A stretch of DNA of 64,000 bases from assembly GCA_963700285.1 (NCBI GenBank), contig CAVOXA010000010.1:704001-768000 (forward strand). Reading direction: 5' to 3'. The stretch is from an uncultured Chloroflexia bacterium (GTDB lineage Bacteria; Chloroflexota; Anaerolineae; JAAYZQ01). Positions 59,329 to 64,000 of the stretch are shown here, in pieces. Under the pieces are notes generated by a model. The model saw only the letters and a program-made list of their open reading frames with translations. It was not told the DNA's origin and ran no database searches. The number at the start of each line of letters is the position of its first letter. Within the stretch, counting starts at the first letter, position 1. The position numbers and the translations under genes are program-made.

Positions 59329-60393
59329 ATGGAACGCAAGAGGATATTGACTGGCGACCGGCCAACTGGCAAGCTGCATCTAGGGCACTATGTGGGCAGT
59401 CTGCAGAACCGGGTGCAGTTGCAGGAAGAGTACGACTGTTTCTTTATCATCGCGGACTTGCACATGCTGACCACCCAGCCAGACAAGGCCAGCGTAGCAC
59501 AGGTCGCGCAAAATGTCCGGTACATCGTCTTGGACTATCTGGCCGCGGGCGTTGATCCCGACCGCAGTACGATCTTTGTCCAATCAGCAGTACCGGAAAC
59601 CTTCGAACTAAATTTGCTCTTTGAGATGCTGGTAACTGTTCCTCGTCTGGAACGGATTCCCAGCTTGAAAGACATGGCACGAGACGCCAACCTGGAGGCA
59701 ATGCCTCTGGGCCTGTTAGGCTACCCGGTGCTGCAGGCAGCCGATATCCTCCTGCCAAGGGCGCACCTGGTGCCGGTGGGCAGAGATAATGAGGCTCACG
59801 TCGAAGTGACGCGCGAGATAGCCCGGCGATTCAACCGGCTGTATGGTGAGGTATTTCCAGAGCCTGACGTGCTTCTGGGCGACGTTCCGGCGCTGGTGGG
59901 TACCGATGGTCAGGCCAAGATGAGTAAGAGCCGGGGCAACGCCATCAGCCTATCCGACGATGCGGATACTGTGAACAACCTGGTAATGGGCATGTACACA
60001 GATCCCCAGCGGATCCGGGCCGACATTCCTGGGCGTGTGGAGGGCAACCCCGTGTTTGTCTATCACGACGCCTTTAACGCTGACATCGACGAGGTGGCCG
60101 ATCTCAAGGAACGATATCGACAGGGCAAGGTGGGCGACGTTGAGGTCAAGCAAAAGCTAGCCCGCGCCATCAACGATTTCTTGGAGCCGTTGCGCGAGCG
60201 CCGCGCCAGCTATGAGGCCCAGTCATGGCTCGTGGATGATATCCTGGTCGACGGTGTACGGCGCACGCGGCGGATTGCCCAGGAGACGATGGGCATGGTC
60301 TATGATGCTATGGGTCTGTACGGCCCGTACCTGCTCAAAACCTACTCCATGCCAGTGCGTGGCCTGGACGTGCCTCCGCTGGCTTATTGCTAA
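59329..60393 (+). CDS. trpS: Tryptophan--tRNA ligase
   Basis: [28 protein letters not shown]. Confidence 0.98.
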   Translation: MERKRILTGDRPTGKLHLGHYVGSLQNRVQLQEEYDCFFIIADLHMLTTQPDKASVAQVAQNVRYIVLDYLAAGVDPDRSTIFVQSAVPETFELNLLFEMLVTVPRLERIPSLKDMARDANLEAMPLGLLGYPVLQAADILLPRAHLVPVGRDNEAHVEVTREIARRFNRLYGEVFPEPDVLLGDVPALVGTDGQAKMSKSRGNAISLSDDADTVNNLVMGMYTDPQRIRADIPGRVEGNPVFVYHDAFNADIDEVADLKERYRQGKVGDVEVKQKLARAINDFLEPLRERRASYEAQSWLVDDILVDGVRRTRRIAQETMGMVYDAMGLYGPYLLKTYSMPVRGLDVPPLAYC

Positions 60394-60429
60394 CAGATCA
60401 AGCTTTCCCAGGGTTGTGAGGAGTTGGAC

Positions 60430-61146
60430 ATGTATCTACGTCAAGTCAGGATCGACAGCTTGGAGTTTCCCACAAGCCGCAACTATCCGTTCAACATCCC
60501 TGTTATCCGGGAATCGGCGGCATTGGCTTTTCGAACTCCGGTCACGTTTTTTGTGGGCGAAAACGGCTCTGGAAAATCGACGTTGTTGGACGCCATCGCC
60601 AGAAAGTGCAGCGTCCACATCTGGGACAAGCCCAGGCGTCACCTGGCCCACAACAACCCCTTCGAGACCAAGCTGGCCAACTATGTCGACGTTGACTGGG
60701 CCAACGGCAGGGTCGCAGGCTCTCTGTTCAGGGCCGAGACATTCCATGATCTTGCCGATTTTCTCGACGATGTGGCCCTCTGTGACCCTGGCCGGCTCGA
60801 GTTCCACGGCGGCCGGATCCTGAATACACTGTCGCACGGTGAAGGGATCCTGAGCTATTTTGGCGGGCGTTTTCATGTGAAAGGACTCTACTTCCTCGAC
60901 GAACCAGAGGCCGCCCTCTCGCCTGCAAGCCAGATCAAATTCCTCGATCTATTGCAAAAGCTAGAGGCCGCCGGCCAGACCCAATTCATCATCGCTACCC
61001 ACTCGCCGCTCTTGCTGTCCTATCCCGGGGCGCAGATCTACAGCTTTGACGGGGATCGGATCGAGGAGGTCAAGCTCCACGATACCGCACACTATCAGAT
61101 CTATGCGCAGTTCTTCTCAGGCCAGGCAACGGCCCAACGCGCTTAG
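60430..61146 (+). CDS. ABC/AAA-type ATPase (no TM segments)
   Basis: GENGSGKST, SHGE, LDEPEAALSP, IIATHSP. Confidence 0.9.
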   Translation: MYLRQVRIDSLEFPTSRNYPFNIPVIRESAALAFRTPVTFFVGENGSGKSTLLDAIARKCSVHIWDKPRRHLAHNNPFETKLANYVDVDWANGRVAGSLFRAETFHDLADFLDDVALCDPGRLEFHGGRILNTLSHGEGILSYFGGRFHVKGLYFLDEPEAALSPASQIKFLDLLQKLEAAGQTQFIIATHSPLLLSYPGAQIYSFDGDRIEEVKLHDTAHYQIYAQFFSGQATAQRA

Positions 61147-61232
61147 AAAGGAGGATTTCATCTATACTAGGATCGCTGTGACGTTGACTCTATGCTCTCA
61201 ATCATACCATCCATAATCAAAGGAGGAAAACG

Positions 61233-62600
61233 ATGTCTCAGTACAAGTATGTTCTAGACGAGAAGGATCTGCCGACGCAGTGGTACAACATTCTTGCTGA
61301 CATGGATCCAGGCCCGGTGCCGTACCGGCATCCAGCCACATTGGAACCCATGGTAGAACCGCCGCTTCCACCTCCGGTCTTCCCCATGGCTCTGATCGAG
61401 CAGGAGTTCAGCCGGGAACGGTACATCGATATTCCGGAGCAGGTCCAGGATGTGCTCAAGATGTGGCGCCCCAGCCCTCTCCACCGTGCGTCCCGCTGGG
61501 AGAAAGCTCTGGACACGCCGGCCAAGATCTATTTCAAGTGGGAGGGAGTTAGCCCCGCTGGCAGTCACAAGCCCAATACGGCTGTGGCCCAGGCCTACTA
61601 TGCCAAGGAGGAAGGACTGAAGGGTCTTGCTACCGAGACCGGAGCCGGCCAATGGGGCAGCGCCCTGTCCTTCGCTGCTCAACTGTTTGGGCTCGAGTGC
61701 AAGGTCTTTATGGTTACCATCAGCTATCACCAGAAGCCCTATCGCCGCATCCTGATGGAGACCTGGGGCGGCCGGGTTGTGCCCAGTCCCAGTACCGAGA
61801 CCAATGCCGGACGCGCTATTCTGGAAGCCGATCCAGAAAGCACAGGCAGCCTGGGCATCGCCATCAGCGAGGCGCTCGAATACGCCATGACCCACGACGG
61901 ATACAAGTACTCCCTGGGCAGCGTGGTCAACTTTGTCCTGCTGCACCAGACAGTTATCGGCCAGGAGGCCCGGGTACAGATGGAGATGGCCGGGGACTAT
62001 CCCGACATTGTCATCGGCTGTGCCGGTGGTGGCAGCAACGCCGCGGGCATCATCTTCCCCTTCATGAAGGACAAACTGCAGGGGACCAAGCCTGACTTGC
62101 GCGCCATCTTTGTCGAGTCTACTGCCTGTCCCAGCATGACCCGCGGCGTCTACGCCTACGACTGGGGGGACACAGCCAAGACCGGACCGGTGGCCCTGAT
62201 GCACACCGTCGGACATGGATTCATCCCCGCCCCGGTGCACGCCGGCGGCCTGCGCTACCACGGCATGGCGCCTATTATCTGTGCCTTGCTGGATCAGGGA
62301 AAGGCAGAAGCCCGTGCCTATCACCAGAATGCTTGCTTCGACGCAGTCATGAGTTTCACCGGGGCAGAGGGCTATGTCCTGGCCCCCGAGACAGCCCATG
62401 CGGTGAAGGCGGTATACGACGAGGCGATGGCCTGCAAAGAGTCGGGTGAATCCAAAGTCATCCTCTTCAACGCCAGCGGTCACGGCCACTTTGACCTGGC
62501 CGCCTACGATGCCTACTTTAGGGAGGAATTGCCTGACTACCAGCTTGAGCAAGCACGCATCGAAGAGTCCCTCGCCGATCTACCCGAGATCTCGGACTAG
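61233..62600 (+). CDS. trpB: TrpB2-type tryptophan synthase beta chain
   Basis: PTQWYNI, SPAGSHKPNTA, TETGAGQWG, HAGGLRYHG, SGHGHFD. Confidence 0.95.
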   Translation: MSQYKYVLDEKDLPTQWYNILADMDPGPVPYRHPATLEPMVEPPLPPPVFPMALIEQEFSRERYIDIPEQVQDVLKMWRPSPLHRASRWEKALDTPAKIYFKWEGVSPAGSHKPNTAVAQAYYAKEEGLKGLATETGAGQWGSALSFAAQLFGLECKVFMVTISYHQKPYRRILMETWGGRVVPSPSTETNAGRAILEADPESTGSLGIAISEALEYAMTHDGYKYSLGSVVNFVLLHQTVIGQEARVQMEMAGDYPDIVIGCAGGGSNAAGIIFPFMKDKLQGTKPDLRAIFVESTACPSMTRGVYAYDWGDTAKTGPVALMHTVGHGFIPAPVHAGGLRYHGMAPIICALLDQGKAEARAYHQNACFDAVMSFTGAEGYVLAPETAHAVKAVYDEAMACKESGESKVILFNASGHGHFDLAAYDAYFREELPDYQLEQARIEESLADLPEISD

Positions 62601-62630
62601 AATGGGTAGAAACTAGAACGGCTAGAACAA

Positions 62631-62666
62631 AGGCACGAGGGGGCAATGGTCAACCCCTCGTGCCTA
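62631..62666. terminator. Hairpin between convergent trpB2 and ybaK
   Basis: AGGCACGAGGGG...CCCCTCGTGCCT. Confidence 0.6.
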
Positions 62667-63146
62667 GTCCCCATTCTCTGCCAAATCCACGACCTCGCCG
62701 CCGGTGATCGCTACCAATTGCTCGTAGGCTATGGGAAACACGGCATGGGCATTGCCGGCGGCTGCCCAGACCGTATCAAAGCGGCTCAGCGTCCCATCGA
62801 CAAGGGTGCGCACGGACTCGCTGTGGCCGACGGGGGGCACTCCCCCAACCTCAAATCCGGTACTCTCAAGCACCTGATCTGGGCGGGCGATGCGCAGCCG
62901 CCGCTTGCTCAGTCCCGTGTAGGTCCGTAGTTGTTGGACATCAGCCCGCTGGTCGCCCGCTACGAGCACAAGCAACGGCTTGCCATCAGCCAAAAAGATA
63001 AGCGATTTGACGATACTGCCGATCGGGGCGCCTACTGCACGGGCAGCAGCTTCCGCAGTACTGGTATCCGCTGGCAACTCTTGCACCAATCCGGCATCCA
63101 GGCCTGCGGATGTCAATGCATGTTTCACTCGCTCGACCGGATTCAT
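62664..63146 (-). CDS. YbaK/EbsC family aminoacyl-tRNA deacylase-like protein
   Basis: TAEAAA, IVKSLIF, TGFEVGGVPPVGH, WAAAG. Confidence 0.9.
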   Translation of the reverse strand: MNPVERVKHALTSAGLDAGLVQELPADTSTAEAAARAVGAPIGSIVKSLIFLADGKPLLVLVAGDQRADVQQLRTYTGLSKRRLRIARPDQVLESTGFEVGGVPPVGHSESVRTLVDGTLSRFDTVWAAAGNAHAVFPIAYEQLVAITGGEVVDLAENGD

Positions 63147-63217
63147 GCTTGACCTCCTAAAAAGAAAGCCGAGGAGGCGCTATCGCTCCCCTCAGCCCTT
63201 CATCGCCATCGATCTGG

Positions 63218-64000
63218 CTAGTGGACGCGTTCCACGCGCACGGTGCCAGGGCTCACCAACGTCCGCAGCTTTTCCTCCAACTCTGGACAATGGCCCGTAT
63301 TGTCGTTGGGAAAGCTAATCTGGATCCGGCCCTGGCCTCCGTTCTCTACGTACAGGCTGAAACGATCCTTGCCCGGATACTGCTGCAACAGATCATGAAC
63401 CTGCCCTAACCGCTGGATGACCTGCTCCATGTTCCTGCTGCGAGGCACCAGCACATGCACGTGAACTGATCGTGCAGATTGGGGCTGGCCTGATTCACCG
63501 GCTGGGTACCCAGTAACCTCCAGCTCTGGTGGCGCCGGACCTGGCTCGTCGATGGGGTGAACTGTGGTGACCTCGTTGGTCACCGAGTCGACGATGATGC
63601 TGGGCTCTCTGCCGCGCAAGTTAACTTTGCCCCGAACCACCAGGATCCGGTCTGGCTCCCAAAGATCCTTCGTCTCTTCCCACACCCGGGGAAAGATGAC
63701 CAACTCGACGCTGCCTTGCAGATCCTCAATCTGGGCGAAAGCCATCGGATCGCCCTTCTTTGTGACGATCGGCCGCACATAGTTGACCATACCCGCGACT
63801 GTTACGTTCTTTTCGGCCATGGTCTCGTCGATCTCGCCGAGGAGTGCGGTAATGGTATTCTCCAGGTCTGCCCACACGCGGGACAGCGGATGATCAGAGA
63901 TATAGGCCCCCACCAGCTCTTTCTCCCAGCCCAAAAGCTCTTTTTGCGGCACCTCAGGCAGGAGGGGCAAGTCGGCAGCCAATCGGGTGGTGACTGCAAA
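63218..64000 (-). CDS. dnaE: DNA polymerase III alpha subunit, C-terminal part (gene starts beyond the window)
   Basis: EKELVGAYISDHP; OB fold TKKGDPMAFAQIEDLQG...VIFP. Confidence 0.93.
   Translation of the reverse strand, partial: FAVTTRLAADLPLLPEVPQKELLGWEKELVGAYISDHPLSRVWADLENTITALLGEIDETMAEKNVTVAGMVNYVRPIVTKKGDPMAFAQIEDLQGSVELVIFPRVWEETKDLWEPDRILVVRGKVNLRGREPSIIVDSVTNEVTTVHPIDEPGPAPPELEVTGYPAGESGQPQSARSVHVHVLVPRSRNMEQVIQRLGQVHDLLQQYPGKDRFSLYVENGGQGRIQISFPNDNTGHCPELEEKLRTLVSPGTVRVERVH

Overview
A 64 kb bacterial chromosomal window with no CRISPR array, rRNA or prophage. Gene content (recA-recX-rny-spoVS, ricT-holB, a T-box, many GT-C membrane glycosyltransferases, NBR1-Ig repeat proteins) suggests Chloroflexota, probably Anaerolineae; this is an inference. 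It carries housekeeping genes (aspA, truD, recA, recX, rny, holB, lplA, manA, rsmI, tRNA-Arg(CCT), tsaD, trxA, T-box-trpS, trpB2, ybaK, the dnaE 3' end). It also carries a stress/redox cluster (two Hsp20, half-ferritin modules, Crp/Fnr, a ferritin-YyaL fusion, a degenerate AcsE-like protein), an attenuator-led ABC-F gene, and a ~17 kb surface-glycosylation locus bounded by IS remnants that includes an HpnJ-like radical SAM enzyme with an atypical CX9CX2C motif. The most striking unexplained signal is the ~640 nt gap between recA and recX. By hand it folds into six nested long-range helices, a multiply pseudoknotted or switch-like domain and many local hairpins, and it ends in an intrinsic terminator. 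This looks like a large ornate non-coding RNA that I cannot assign to a known family. All calls come from reading the sequence; no database search or folding program was run.
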